Notes: generated from the letters alone by a model not told the origin. A stretch of 64,000 bases of DNA from Callorhinchus milii (GCF_018977255.1 NW_024704742.1:26662001-26726000), one strand, 5' to 3'. Shown: positions 25,510 to 38,320, numbered from the stretch's first letter. Numbers and translations: made by a program.

Positions 25510-27340
25510 AAAGAGGGAAACATCAGCTGTTATCTTTGGACAAACGCAGCTGTTTTGCATCACACACATTTACATAATGTCAATACAAATACATATTTAA
25601 ACATATGTTTAACTGCCGGGGAATGGTGTATCAAACTTCAAATCCTTCAGATGTTTGTACCAAACCTTGATTGAAGTGCCACAACAATGTTTTGACAACA
25701 AAAGAATGACAACAATAACTTGCATTTATACAGCGTCTTCCATGCAGATGCAGGGTAGCGTCTTGGAGCGCTGAAACATATTACTTGTATTGCGCTGGGG
25801 GTGGTGGGGGGAAGTTGCAGAAGAAGTGGAAAAATAAACCTTGCACTATTGAACACACAACAGTACCTCTTTTATCACAGCACAAAATCTTGTAGTCTAC
25901 CAAAGCATGCACTATTCCCCGTAGGGCAGGAAGTATTTTGAAGTACTTCATTAAATAAGCAATATCTACACAAAGAGTATGGTGAGGAAAAGCATGAAAC
26001 GTGAAAACAACCCATTCATTTGACAGACAATGCAGAATTCACCATCTATCATGGATTTTACCTCTCTCTCAAGGAACATTCTGCAATATTAATGTAAACA
26101 AAAAACAACTTTGAGATATCATGGGAAAACGGGGAGGGGTAGGAGCAAGCGAAGTAACAACCGAGATTGTAAGATGTGTACAGGTTTTAAATTTCAACAT
26201 TTAGATAACAGCACCAGTGTTCTACCAGGCAATGCGGGTTTAGTCTCACAGACTAAATGTCTTTGTTGTTCCAAGAAGGTAAAAATAGTTAGAGGAGAAA
26301 ATGGGGGCTCAATTGCTGTTTAACACAAATGCAAAAATCTTCCTTAGCAATCCCAGGTCTTAGCTCAGGAGCCTCTGCACCTATTGCAAATTATGCTCTA
26401 ACTTTGTTGATTAATATACAGAAAATATAATTTTGGTATTTGTGGAAAAGTTTCATCCTCCCATTTCACCACTGTCTGAAGTCTAATTTGACTCTCAAGC
26501 GAGAGGACCCGGGTTCGATTCCCGAGGGGACAGAAACCTTAGGAAGTTTCCTTCTCCAGCATGCATTCTGTTTACCTGGCATATAGTAGGAATCTGGTGT
26601 TAGTTCGATTGCATGATTGTCTTTCTGGGGTAATAAATCCCTCCAAAAAAAATTTGGTCATCAATCCACGACTGTTTGTGGGACACTGCTGTGCACAATT
26701 GGCTGCCAATTTGCCCACAAAGTAATACATCAATTCACTTACAGTATATTCTGTGAGTGCTCTTGAGAAGTCTCGAAGTGAAAGGCACTGTATCAAATGC
26801 AAGGATTATTATTATATGATTAGGTCCAAATCAAAGCACTAAGTGTGTATCTGATGGATGTCCATTTTCAAAGAAAAGACCCTTATGTCAAAGAATGACT
26901 GAGCGTAAAGAATTGAATAGCAACTCTGGCACTTGCACAAGGTTCAACGACAAGTAGTTCAAGCAGATGCAGTGTTCCTTGAGTAAAAGTTCACCATTAG
27001 CTCATTCCTTTACAGTAGGAAATTACTGAGATGAAACAAAGTCAAACTGAATAAACGTACTGCTTCAAGAGCTACATTTCTGAACCAAAATAACTTGATC
27101 TTATTGTATCTGAGAAGGGCTGCAACAATGTAACCCTCAAGATGAATACAATAGTTGAACAATTACAGAACATTCAGTTACCTGAGATGACTATCTTGCA
27201 CCATTAGAATGATTATTTTATTCGATTAACTATAGCACGTAACTCATATTTCTGTTCCGCTGATAATATTGACACGGTTGGAAGTGAGTGGCTTTTGCAA
27301 AGGACTGTGCTTTTTCTCGGTAAGATATATACTATTTGTC
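25510..27340 (+). repeat. Direct duplicate of 18009-19841 (probable assembly artefact)
   Basis: Same sequence at offset ~7500 (identical ORFs 18146/25647 and 18610/26111); abuts a minisatellite and an N gap. Confidence 0.9.
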
Positions 27341-27365
27341 NNNNNNNNNNNNNNNNNNNNNNNNN
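27341..27365. other. Assembly gap (25 N)
   Basis: Run of n. Confidence 1.
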
Positions 27366-28869
27366 GTTACAAGCAGTAAGTAGGAACTCTGTTGTTAGTT
27401 GATTGGCAGATTGTTTTCCTGGGGTAATAAACCCTTCAAAATCCATGACTGTTTGTGGGACACTGTTGTGCATACTTGGCTGCCACATTTCGCCCACAAA
27501 ATGTAGAGTCACTTCACTTTACAGTATATTTTATGAAGTGCTTTGAGGACGTCTCAACGACGTGATAAGGCGTTATATCAAATGCAAGGATTATATATTT
27601 TTATAACTGTCAGCCTAATCTTGCTCAATATTCAATAACTTGAATCTGCTCAGTCCTCAGTGATAGATCATTGACAGAATTGCCGCCTTTCAAATGGAAA
27701 TGTTAAACTGAGTTCGCATCTTTCTCTTCAGGGGACGTTAAAGATACCTTAACACTGGCAAAAAGAGTAGCAATTTTTTCCAGTGTTCTGGTCAAGAATT
27801 TTCCAGATAAATTGGTCTTTAACTTCATCACTATTTGGGACATTAAACCAAATGCAAGGATAAGAGTATCAGGAAAAATAAGAAAAATTTCACATCATAT
27901 TTAATTTGCAGATAACCCTAATAAAGATGCGCATGGAGGAAGGAAACTTACCTAAGGTTTTGCTCCACCCGGGGATCGAACCTGAGTCCTCTCTGTTTAA
28001 CCAATACGCTTCAGGTCTCCAGGTCAGGCAGATGTAACACTGAATGCTATTCAGCAATGAGCTGAATGCACAATGTTAATTTTGCACAAAAGTAGAAGTA
28101 ATATCAGGAATGCAAAATTATCCTTTGCATTATATTTTCCCAATTACATTTACAGTCATTTCTATGATTCAAAATACAATCCACTTTAAATTTATATAGT
28201 GCCTTTCACATAAGGGGACATCTCTAAGCACTTGACAAAGCTGGCCAGGCATTCGAGACGGGGGTAGGAGCTAAAATAAGATTGGAACAGAAAATCTAGA
28301 ATGCAGCTAAATAACAAAGAGGTGTACATTTACAAAGATGTGATTATCTGTCACGATTGGTAATGAAATGTGTTTCCTCATTCATTCTCATCATTTTTAT
28401 ATTAAAGCCTCTTGTTACCCAATGCATCTAGCAATTGAAAACTGGTCCCAGAACCAGTTTTCCAGAACCAGCATTAAACACCTGTCTTGCAATGCAGGAC
28501 AGGATCCCAGAAAAGGCTTAAATAATGTAATCTTTACATTTGATGTAGAATCTATAATGTTGACACATCACAAAGCACTTGACAGGGAATTGCTGTCAAG
28601 TACGTATTTGTCAGCAAACTTGGCAGCCATTTTTCACACATCAAGGTCGCACAAGCAACAATGAGATGAATGATCTATTTACGTGAAGGACTGTTGTCCA
28701 GGTTACGGGAGCAGGAGAAACTCCCTTCTCTTTGTGAATGGTGCCAGGGGATTGTTAATGTACTCTGAACAGGCAGATGGGACTTCGCTGCAACTTCTCA
28801 TCCAAAGATTGGCACCTTTGACAATGAAGTGCTCCTCAGCATGTTGCCCTGGAGTGTCAGCCTAGACTG

Positions 28870-29672
28870 TTGTTTAAAGGGGAAGGGAGATAGTAATTAC
28901 TGAGGAGGATCCAAATAAAATACAGGTGGATATTGAATAGGATAGCTCAATGGGCAGACAAGTGGCAGATGGAATTCAATGAAATAGTTTCAGGAGGAAA
29001 AATATAGGAAGAACCTATAACTTAAAGAGGGCAAATCTTAAAAGGGATAAAAGAACAGAAGAATGGAAGAGAACATATTCACAGGCCACTGAAGGCAGTG
29101 CCCCGGGTAGGCAAGGCCATTAAAAAGCCAATGGGACTTTGGGGGTTTATAGCTATGCGAATAGAGTCTAAGGAAAGGAGGTCAAGTGGAATCTGTACTA
29201 AATGATGGTCAGGCCACAGTTGGGATACTGTATGCAGTTTTCTGCTCCTCATTATAGTAGAGATGTTCAGGTGCTGGAGACAGTGCAGTGAAGATTCACC
29301 AGGATGTTGCCTGGAATGAGGAAATGCAGTTAAAGGAAAAGGCTTAATAAACTGTGACTTTTTTCTTTGGAGCTCAGAAGGCTGAGAAAGGATATGATAG
29401 AGGTGTACAAGATGATAGGGCTTAAACAAGGTGAAAAGGAAAGATTACTTCTGATGGTCAGGGGTCGAGAACTAGAGGGCATAGTTTTAAAATCAGAACT
29501 GGGAGGTCCAGAATGGGGATTAGGAAACACGTTTTCCCACAGAGAGTGGTGGGAGTGTGGAATTCTCAGTCAGTTGTTGGGGTACGTTTGCACTTTTTAA
29601 ATAAAAAAAGACTAGACACATGGTCAAGAGAAAATAAAGTTGAGGGGTATGGAGAAAAAGGCAGGATGTGGG
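28870..29672 (+). mobile_element. CR1 LINE 3' part (terminus resumes at ~30625-30690)
   Basis: CR1-type RT C-terminal motifs: WADKWQMEFN, VRPQLGYCMQF, LRRLRKDMIEVYKM, FPQRVVGVWNS. Confidence 0.85.
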
Positions 29673-30147
29673 ATAACAACAACAAAATTACATTTGTATA
29701 GCGCCTTTTATGTCAGGAAGTCGTCCCAAGGCACTAGACAATCAGTGTTTCGGACCCGAGCTGGGGATCAGGGAAAGTGGAGGGCAGTGGGGGAAGGAGG
29801 GTGATCGAAGGCATGGTCAAAGACGAGGGTCTTGAGACCGGTTTTGAAGAAGGCAAGGGAGGGGGCGAGGCAGAGGGTCTATAGGATGGAGTTCCAGAGG
29901 GTGGGGCAGAGTGCCTGCCAATGGTGGGGCAAGCAAGGTGGGGACATGAAGCAGGCTGGAGTCCGCTCAGCGGAGGGAGCAGGCACGTTGGTAGGGGTTA
30001 GGAGGTTACAGAGGTTGGGGATAGCAAGGCCATGGAGCTTTGAAGGTGAAGACCAGGATTTTGAACTGTATCCTCTATGTGATGGGAAGCCAGTGGAGTC
30101 GGGCGAGGATAGGGGTGATTGGGTCACGGAGCCCGGTCCAGGAGAGT
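29673..30147 (-). mobile_element. L2 3' fragment nested in CR1
   Basis: (AAC)n tail at 29673 followed by reverse-complement L2 3' sequence. Confidence 0.8.
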
Positions 30148-30184
30148 AAACAAGCTGGATAAGAGATAGGATCTAGGAGAGCCT

Positions 30185-30622
30185 TCTGGCAGACTCCACT
30201 GGGTCCCCATAATCAAAAGGATCGACTTCAAGATTCTCACACTTGTGTTCAAATCCCTTCACTCTCTGACACCTCCCTACCTCTCCGACCTCTTCACTCC
30301 GCAATCCACTACCAGGCAACTCCGCGCGACTGGCACCGGCCTCCTGCTCATCCCTCGTAGCCTCCTCCCCACCATCAAAAGTGCATAAGTCAAGCTTTCA
30401 AGCCACTACACCCTGAAACTCTGGAACACTCTCCCTCAAACCCTCCGCCTTGCCTCCTCTCTCCTCTTTTTCAAGCTTGCCTGAAAACCTTCCTCTTCGA
30501 CCATGTTTTCGGCCACCTCCCCATCCCCTCGGAGCTCAGAGTTGGGCTCCCACCACTGATAAACGCTCTGAGACGCTACCCTGTGTGGAGGGCGCTATTG
30601 CAAGCGCAAGTTGTTGATGTTG
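30185..30622 (+). mobile_element. L2 3' fragment nested in CR1
   Basis: LHWVPIIKRIDFKILTLVFKSLH; tail gggcgctattgcaagcgcaagttgttg. Confidence 0.8.
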
Positions 30623-30934
30623 CATGGATTCTAAACATCGGGACTAGATGGGTTGAACGTTCAGTTTCTGAACTGTGAAACCTCATGATCTCTGGTGGCC
30701 ATGAACTTTGGTTCTTTTTTTAATAACAAGGATTATTATATTTGATAAATAGCGCCTTATCACTTCTTTGAGACATCTCAAAGCGCTTCACAGAATATAC
30801 TATAAAGTGAATTGCCTATATTTTGTGGGCAAAGAGGCAGCCAATTGTACACAGCAGTGTTTAAAACTGCGTTGAAAGAAAAGTCTTCGGGGAGGGGATG
30901 TTTTGTAGCTTTATAATCTCAAAAAACAATTTTC

Positions 30935-31385
30935 ATTCGGCTCGCGGCCGAAGCCATTTTTTTTAAAAAAAACGCGCAGGACCACAAAAACACGGCCAAT
31001 TGGTAAGAGAAGAGCAATTAATAATTCATACAAACATTTTCAAAATAATAATAATAATAACAACAACGCAATACAAAACAAACGAAAGAAAAACGCCTGA
31101 TGTTTCATGAGCGATGGGTTTTCGATTCATCGGGTTTTTCTTTTTATTTATAAATAAAATTATAAATAAAAGAAAGAAAGAAAGAAAGAAGAGATAAAAG
31201 GATTTCAAAAGAATGACAAATCATTCAAAAGAGGGGGAGGGAGGGGGGGAAAAAAAAGTCCAGGTGAGAGCCTAGACCCCAAACTCTGGCACCAAGTGGG
31301 AGGAGCTGAGAGGCGGGGCTTAGAGAGACCCGGAAGTCTGGTGCCTGGGGGGGGCGGAGCTACAGGGCCCATTGTGACGGTAGCG
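30935..31385 (+). promoter_or_regulatory. MAN2B2 TATA-less promoter
   Basis: GC boxes AGGCGGGGC (~31311) and GGGGCGGAG (~31351), ETS site CCGGAAGT (31330-31337), CCAAT (~30995), YY1-like GCCATTTT (~30952), directly upstream of the ATG; motif matches only. Confidence 0.6.
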
Positions 31386-31520
31386 ATGTTTGGAACGTTG
31401 CTGCTCCTCGGCGTTCTGAGCGTGACGCGGCCTCTCACCAGCTGTGGGGGAGGAGGGGACACACGGGCTCTGGTGGTGCCTCACAGCCACATGGACGTCG
31501 GTTGGGTATACACTGTGCAG
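31386..31520 (+). CDS. MAN2B2: MAN2B2 exon 1 (signal peptide + Zn-binding HSHMD motif)
   Basis: MFGTLLLLGVLSVTRPLTSC...ALVVPHSHMDVGWVYTVQ; GH38 HxHxDxGW motif; donor CAG|gtggga; 135 nt, phase 0. Confidence 0.95.
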
Positions 31521-31549
31521 GTGGGACTTCTTTTGGGGGGGGGTCTTGT

Positions 31550-32182
31550 CCTGCCCTTGCCTGCCATTGCCCTTGCCCTGCCTTGCCCTTGCCTTGCCCT
31601 GCCTTGCCTTGCCTTGCCTTGCCTGCCTTGCCCTTGCCCTGCCTTGCCCTTGCCTTGCCCTGCCTTTGCCCTTGCCTTGCCCTTGCCCTTGCCTTGCCAT
31701 TGCCCTTGCCCTGCCTTGCCCCTGCCTTGCCCTGCCTTGCCCTGCCTTGCCCTTGCCCCTGCCTTGCCCTTGCCCTGCCTTGCCCTGCCCTGCCCTGCCT
31801 GCCTTGCCCTTGCCCTTGCCTTGCCCTGCCTTGCCCTTGCCCTGCCTTGCTGCCTTGCCTTGCCCCTTGCCATTGCCCTTGCCTTGCCATTGCCCTTGCC
31901 CTGCCTTGCCCTGCCTTGCCCTTGCCATTGCCATTGCCCTGCCTTGCCCTTGCCCTGCCTTGCCCTGCCTTACCCTTGCCCTGCCTTGCCCCTGCCTTGC
32001 CCTGCCGTGCCCTTGCCCTTGTCCTGCCTTGCCCTTGCCTTGCCTTGCCCTTGCCCTGCCTTGCCCTTGCCCTGCCTTGCCCTGCCTTGCCCTTGCCCTG
32101 CCTTGCCCTTGCCCTGCCTTGCCCTTGCCTTGCCATTGCCCTTGCCCTTGCCCTGGCTTGCCTTTGCCCTGCCTTGCCCTGC
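31550..32182. repeat. (CCTTG/CCCTTG/CCCTG)n satellite in MAN2B2 intron 1
   Basis: Continuous degenerate 5-6-nt tandem repeat starting ~30 nt after the exon 1 donor. Confidence 0.95.
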
Positions 32183-32225
32183 TCCCCCCGCCCCCTTATC
32201 CCGCCCCCCCGCGCAAACCCTGTCC

Positions 32226-32527
32226 GCGGAGCCCTGCAGCCTCGGCGGTCAAGAGCGCTCGCCTTTTGCGGGCGAGACGCCCGGCTTCGTTTCCAGGCAG
32301 ATCAGGGCGACACCTCGGGCGAGTTTGCTCGCGCTGCGCGCCCCGAATGACGAAACCGAACGATGAATCAATCGGTCCATTTGCAATCCGCCACTGTTCG
32401 CAACTGGCTGCCGCGTTTCGCCCACAAATATATACGGTCGATTCACTTTACAGCGTATTCCGCGAAGCGCTTTGAGACGTCGAGAAGACGTGAAAAGCGC
32501 TGTATCAAATGCAAGGATTGTTATTAT
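32226..32527 (+). mobile_element. SINE family A, GC-shifted copy in the MAN2B2 CpG island
   Basis: Aligns by eye with the other copies from head to tail, with many A/T to G/C changes. Confidence 0.8.
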
Positions 32528-33059
32528 CAACCCAGTCACCTCCTGTTCCCGGGTCTTGCATTCCCTCCCGCAGGAGGGAGAGAAAAATCCTGGTTGAGCC
32601 ATCTTACTATCACAAGTCAAGTCATTTCCTTCCCTCTTTCTCCTCGCCCCCACCCCCGCCAACTCGGTGTGAATATGGGGAAAAGCTTATTTTAAGTTTG
32701 GGTTAGAGAGTTAACAGTGATTGTTCCAGATTTTTTTTCCCCAAAATTTGGGGGAAATGGAAGATGTTATTGTTGTTACGTTGTAAGTGTCGATTTCAAA
32801 TCCCAAGTTTTGACTCGAAATCAGCTACATTTTGAAACCAAAACAAACAATAATAAATAACAAGAAAATAATAATAATCCTTGCATTTGATATATCGCTT
32901 TATCACGTCGTCGAGACATCTCAAAGCACTTCACAGGAGAGCAATGTAAAGTGTCATAATTGTATTTTAGAGTGAAACATTGGCACTGTAGGCAAAACAT
33001 CAGTGTGCCGGCCCCACTCTTATCCCTTTAGAAGTTCGATAGCTTTAGCTTTAACCTGA

Positions 33060-33205
33060 GAGAATTGACCTTAACGTCACCGCTGACGTCAGCACCAGGC
33101 ACTTGTTGTAGCTCCACCATTTGTCTCAATTTAGCCAGTCTTGCATTCAAACAAATCGCTTCTCTCAGAAATCTTGGTAAGCTGCCTAGTTTGCCATTTT
33201 GTTTA
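33060..33205. promoter_or_regulatory. Candidate intron-1 regulatory element (CRE palindrome + YY1-like sites)
   Basis: GCTGACGTCAGC at 33082-33093 next to a CGTCA half-site, and CCATTT(T)G motifs, in non-repeat sequence. Confidence 0.3.
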
Positions 33206-34594
33206 CTTTAGATCAAATACATGAGACGCCGTCCGGCGTGGAGGACGCAATGTAAATCCAAGTTGTTGTTGTCGTACATAATGCATTTTATAAACAAATA
33301 CATTTTATAAATAAAATCGATAATTCTGAATTAATAGAAGTATATTATAATCCTTGCATTTGATATAGCGCCTTATCACATCATCGAGGCATCTCAAAAC
33401 ACTTCCCAGGGTATACTGTACAGTGGATAAACTGTATTTTGTGAGCGAACGTGGCAGGCAATTAGGGCACCGCAACATCACAAAACAGCCGTGGAGTTAA
33501 TGACCAATTTTATTTGTATTGTATTTGAGGAAACTGTCATATGTTTTTTTAAAAAAGAATTACAATTCATATGAAATTGCATAGGTGGATAGCCAGTAAT
33601 CTTTCCCAAGATTTAGAGACTGTGGCAAAGCTGTTTGACACAAATACTCTTTCCAATTTGCTAAAATTCATTTTCAAATTATATCTAAAAAAAATCTGGT
33701 GCTGTGCAGGATTATCATCACATTGTGTCAGATTAGTAAAATTACTGAAGAACGTAATTGATGTTCCAGTGATTTGTGGAGGGCTCAAGATATCCAGTTT
33801 GCTGTAAATAGCAATGTGTAGGTTACCTGTGCCACGATACTAGTTGGGACATGTACGTGAGCCTGACTCATGTTTCAATAATGTAAATTTCCTTTCTTTT
33901 CCCACACTCACAAAAACAATTGTGCTAATGTGACTATAAAGGAGCAGTTTGCCTCAGGCGTGATTTGTTAGCAGTCGGATAGCTAAAATTGCAATTACAT
34001 TGCTGACAATCTGTCAAATTAAGCTGTGTTTGTAAAATATAACTTGCGCCTGGTTTGAATTGAGAGAGGTGGAGTGGGAATCCTGCTATTCTTAGACTGT
34101 CATTTTTTGATGTGTGTGGAGCGAAAGCGGTTTTGTGTGCTTTTTCCTCTTCTCCTGTTTACCCCTTGTTCCCCCTCACCCCACCCCTACACTATTGTTG
34201 GCTTTCACTTGAAATCTAATGCCATTTTCCAGGCATTTATTTAACGAATTAAGACAAAGGGTTCACTGTTGTATTTATGCTTTTTCACCAATGACATTTC
34301 TTATTCTGAGGCTGCTGAGATCTGAGTGGGACAAAACTGGGGAATATTTGTACAATACTCTAGCTTAATTTGTTTTAACAGGCGATTGAGATCACAGCAA
34401 CAAATTGCATTTATAGAACACCTTTCATGTTGGGAGGATGTCCCAAGGTGCTGGACAGTCAAGGGTTTGCACCCAAGCTGGGGGTTGGATTCAAGAGAGG
34501 TGGGGGTAGAAAAATGACTGAAAGCACAATCAAAGAGGAAGGTCTTGAGACGGACCTTGAAGGAGATGAGGGAAGGGGCGAGGCGAAGGGCTCA

Positions 34595-35305
34595 GCCTGG
34601 CTCATTTGGTAACACTCACCTCTTGAATCAGAAGGTTGTGGGTTCAACCCTCCATGTTATGGTTTTGAGTTTATAGTTTATAAGATGACATTCCAATACA
34701 GTGTTAGGAGAGCGCTGCACTGTTGGATGTGCTATTTTTCAGATGGGACATTAAACCGAGGCCCCACCTGCTTGTTAGGGTGGACGTTAAAGATACCACA
34801 GCACTATTCAAAGCAAGAAGGGAGTTTCCACAAGTGTCCTGGCCAGCAATCCCCCAGATAAAATTGGTCATTCACTTCACTCTTTGTTGGACATTACTAT
34901 GTACAAATTGACAGCAAGCCTTGGCTCTTGCCAAACTGCGCCTAATACGTTCTGTGATTAGGTAAGCAGGATACGTCCCTCCAGGGAGAGAGTGCACATT
35001 CCAATCCAACAATCTATCTCTGGGATGTCCATGTATAAGTGGGATGCATGGAAATCTCAGCTTGGTTTGGATACTCTTTAGCATTGTGATGGGTTTCTGC
35101 ATGTGTCGACAACAACAACTTGCATTTATATAGTGCCCTTCAGGCCGGACTCATCTCGGTGTCAGACGCCCAACTGACAAAAAAAAATTGACATCTCCAT
35201 TTGCTTACAAATGTCAGTATAATCACAGTTAATCTTGTGAAGCTTTGTGACATTGCATTGATGTGATAAGGTGATACAGTATATCAATTACAAGGATTAT
35301 TATCA
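34595..35305 (+). mobile_element. SINE family B interrupted by a family C repeat
   Basis: Head and body 34595-34914; tail resumes at ~35195. Confidence 0.7.
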
Positions 35306-35455
35306 TTTTAATGAAGACATGTTGTACCAATGTGTGAATTTCCTTTTTACACTGGTTAAACAAATCATGTATAAATTGTTATTGGGTACTGCAGAGCAAC
35401 CTCATATTTCTTAAATATCATTTCAGCCAGTAACCAGTTTATTATCTGTTAACAG

Positions 35456-35602
35456 GAGAGCATGCATGCATATGCAGCCAATGTTTACACAACTGTTGTG
35501 GAAGAACTGATAAAAGGGAAACAACGCAAGTTTATTGCAGTCGAGCAAGAGTTCTTTCGGCTGTGGTGGAATGATGTGGCCACCAGCACACAGAAAAAAC
35601 AG
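35456..35602 (+). CDS. MAN2B2: MAN2B2 exon 2
   Basis: aacag|[52 protein letters not shown]; |gtacca; 147 nt. Confidence 0.95.
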
Positions 35603-37502
35603 GTACCAGCAATCATCCGTGACCATGGTGCTGTCTTGTCTTCCAGGCATCATTCAATTGGGTTGTAAAGAGTATCTCTTTAGCAACGGAAGCTGATTCT
35701 CAGCTGTATCAGTCAGTAAACGTATTACAAAAGAGATTTGGATCAAGAAGGCCCTGCAGCCAATTTGATTTCATCTTTCCAGCAAACCAATTCTAGCATC
35801 CTACCATTTACAGCATCAAGCTACTTCTTAAATTAATCCAATGGCCTTAACCATACTTTATCTTAAATGAAACCCAGCTTAATTACAAATGGGGTGGTGT
35901 AGGGGTTGTGCGCTTGCGAGCCAAATACTGGGGCACTCGGGAAATGCCCCTATTTCCCATTTTGCCAGTGGGCCGCTGACCCTATGTAAAGAAATACTTC
36001 CTGGTGTCTGCCCCCAAATTGTTGTGAACCTGTGACCTTTGCCTTTCTGCCATGGTCATGTATCAAATTATTGTACTGAGTTGACCCAAGTGTCACAGCT
36101 TGTCAGGAGACGTGGTACAGTATTACCGGTTTTCAAACTTCAGAGGCAGGAAATTTTCTGCTACATCAACACAGCAGAAAAAACTAATATTAATAAAGTA
36201 CTTCACATTACACAGAATATACCCCAGCGTTTTTTGAAGTCAATAACAAGTCTCCTGAGTTGAGGTGATGTAAATACACTGCTTAAGCTTTGCTGTTGTA
36301 TTTTATATTGCTATCTCAAGACACTTTGTAACCTGCCAAAGACTCACTGTTATACAGTACAAAATTACAATTGTATAGCGCCTTTCATGTCCTTTAGTAA
36401 GAACAGACAATAGCAATGGTCACTCTTTAGAGTTGGGCTTTCTCTTTTGGAGAATTCTGCTCAATGTGAAGAACGTCAATGGTGGGGAACAGAACACTGC
36501 CTGAGTTTAGTACCCAGGGCTAGCCTCAAGCATTGCCTGATTTTCTTTGGTCCACCAGGTGACATCACCACCGTTAAGACTATCCAAACCAGATTGAGAG
36601 TTCCATAGATATACGCTCTAATGAGTAAGATGATCCTAGTTAGACAAACAGCTGGAAAGCTTGCCAGACAACAATTTCAATGGCAAGCTATGCAGTTTTA
36701 GCTGGTTAGACTCCAGCAGTACCCCACAGTACACTCTGGTGTCCCCAAGGCTTGGCTCTTGCCGACCTGCGCCTAATACTGTCTGGAATTAAGTAAGCAG
36801 GATATGTCCCTCTGGGGAGAAAGTGCGCATTTCATTCCAACAATCTATCTCTGGGATTTCCATGTGTTTGTGGGATGCATGGAACTCTCAACTTGGTCTG
36901 GATACACTTAAGCATGGTGATGGGTTTCCGCGTGTGTCACAGTGTTGACCCCCCAAAATAATCACCTAAGCCAGCTGAACTCATACAAGGTGAATGTGGA
37001 CCACTGCATCTGCGTTGTTATCAAATTCACGCTATAAAGATAAAAATAAATATATAATAATAATCCCTGCATTGATGCAGCACCCTATCACATCTTCGAG
37101 ACATCTCAAAGTGCTTCACAGAATATACTGTAAAGTGAATTGACTGTACACATTGAATGGGGCATATACACTGTTGGTCAACATTGCTGTCAGGCTTCTA
37201 ATCCGTATCCAAGTTGAACTAAATGCGCAACAAGTACCCTTAACTCTAAATAATACAGAAATGATAATAGAAAATAAGAGGGTGAATCAATTTGACTCAG
37301 ACGCAGCAGAAGGCAACAGTGGCTACCAATATCTTTGAAACGCTTCTGCACGTACCAGAAGGTGAGAATGAGAGAGAAAGTCTTGTCCTTCTATAATGTA
37401 TCAATTCTTGCGTAGGGCAGTAAATGGTTTGTAAATGTGAATGTGCTTCGTCATTGCCCGAAGTGTCCCCGTCTCATGAGTGACGTTGGGTGTTAATCAC
37501 AG

Positions 37503-37608
37503 GTGTACCAGCTGCTGGCAGAGGGACGCTTGGAGTTTGTCCTTGGAGGTCAAGTGATGCACGACGAAGCAGTAACGGAACTCAGTTCCCAGATTTTGCA
37601 GCTCACAG
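37503..37608 (+). CDS. MAN2B2: MAN2B2 exon 3
   Basis: cacag|[38 protein letters not shown]; |gtagta; 106 nt, ends phase 1. Confidence 0.95.
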
Positions 37609-37924
37609 GTAGTACACCCCCCACCCTCTCCAGATCTCTGCAGAGGACATTTTATACATTAATGCAACTGATGCAATTTTGCTGTGATTTCTCCTGTGCA
37701 AAGATCATTCGGTATGTTCTGTGGTCTGTCATGGGGCGGGGAGAATGTTTAATTAAATTAATTTACTCCCAAACCTGTTCAGGGTAAATGGCAGGTTTAG
37801 ATTGTAATTTTCTTTGATGTGATGATCATATTGAATGTTGCATTTTACCCTTTTATTATCGTATGGTTGTTGAGGTCTTGGGCCAAGCAAAGTCTCCTAT
37901 CCATGATCATTACCACATAGGTTT

Positions 37925-38320
37925 CAGCCTGGCTCAGTTGGTAGCACTCCTGCCTCGGGCTCAGTCAACATGTTGAGACTTTGAGCTCACAGTTCAGGCA
38001 GACACTCCAGTGCAGTGCCGAGGGAAGCACTGCATTGTTGTAGGTGCTGGACTTCAACATGACATTAAACTGAGGTATGTGCTCATTCAGGGAGATGTTA
38101 AAGATCCCACTGCATTTCCTGAAAATAGAAGGGTTACTCTCGTAACTCTCCTAGTTGATAATCCTCAAAGTAAAATTGATTGTTCACTTTGTGACTGTTT
38201 GCTGTATGCATTCGCCTACACAATATACAGTCGTTACACTTTACAGTAAATCCTGTGAAGCTTTTTGAGACGTCCTCCCGATGCGCGACGTGCCATATCA
38301 AATGCAAGAATCATTATTAT
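37925..38320 (+). mobile_element. SINE family B
   Basis: agcctggctcagttggtagcactc head through ATT tail. Confidence 0.8.

Noticed and set aside
24522..25569. 333-aa and 254-aa proline-rich ORFs on the minus strand
   Set aside because: Translations of the stop-free minisatellite
30935..31520. CLEAR (TFEB) element expected at a lysosomal gene promoter
   Set aside because: No GTCACGTGAC-like E-box seen near the start
31320..32475. Long LPCPAL- and ARQG-repeat ORFs on both strands
   Set aside because: Products of the CCTTG satellite; only 31386-31520 is real coding sequence
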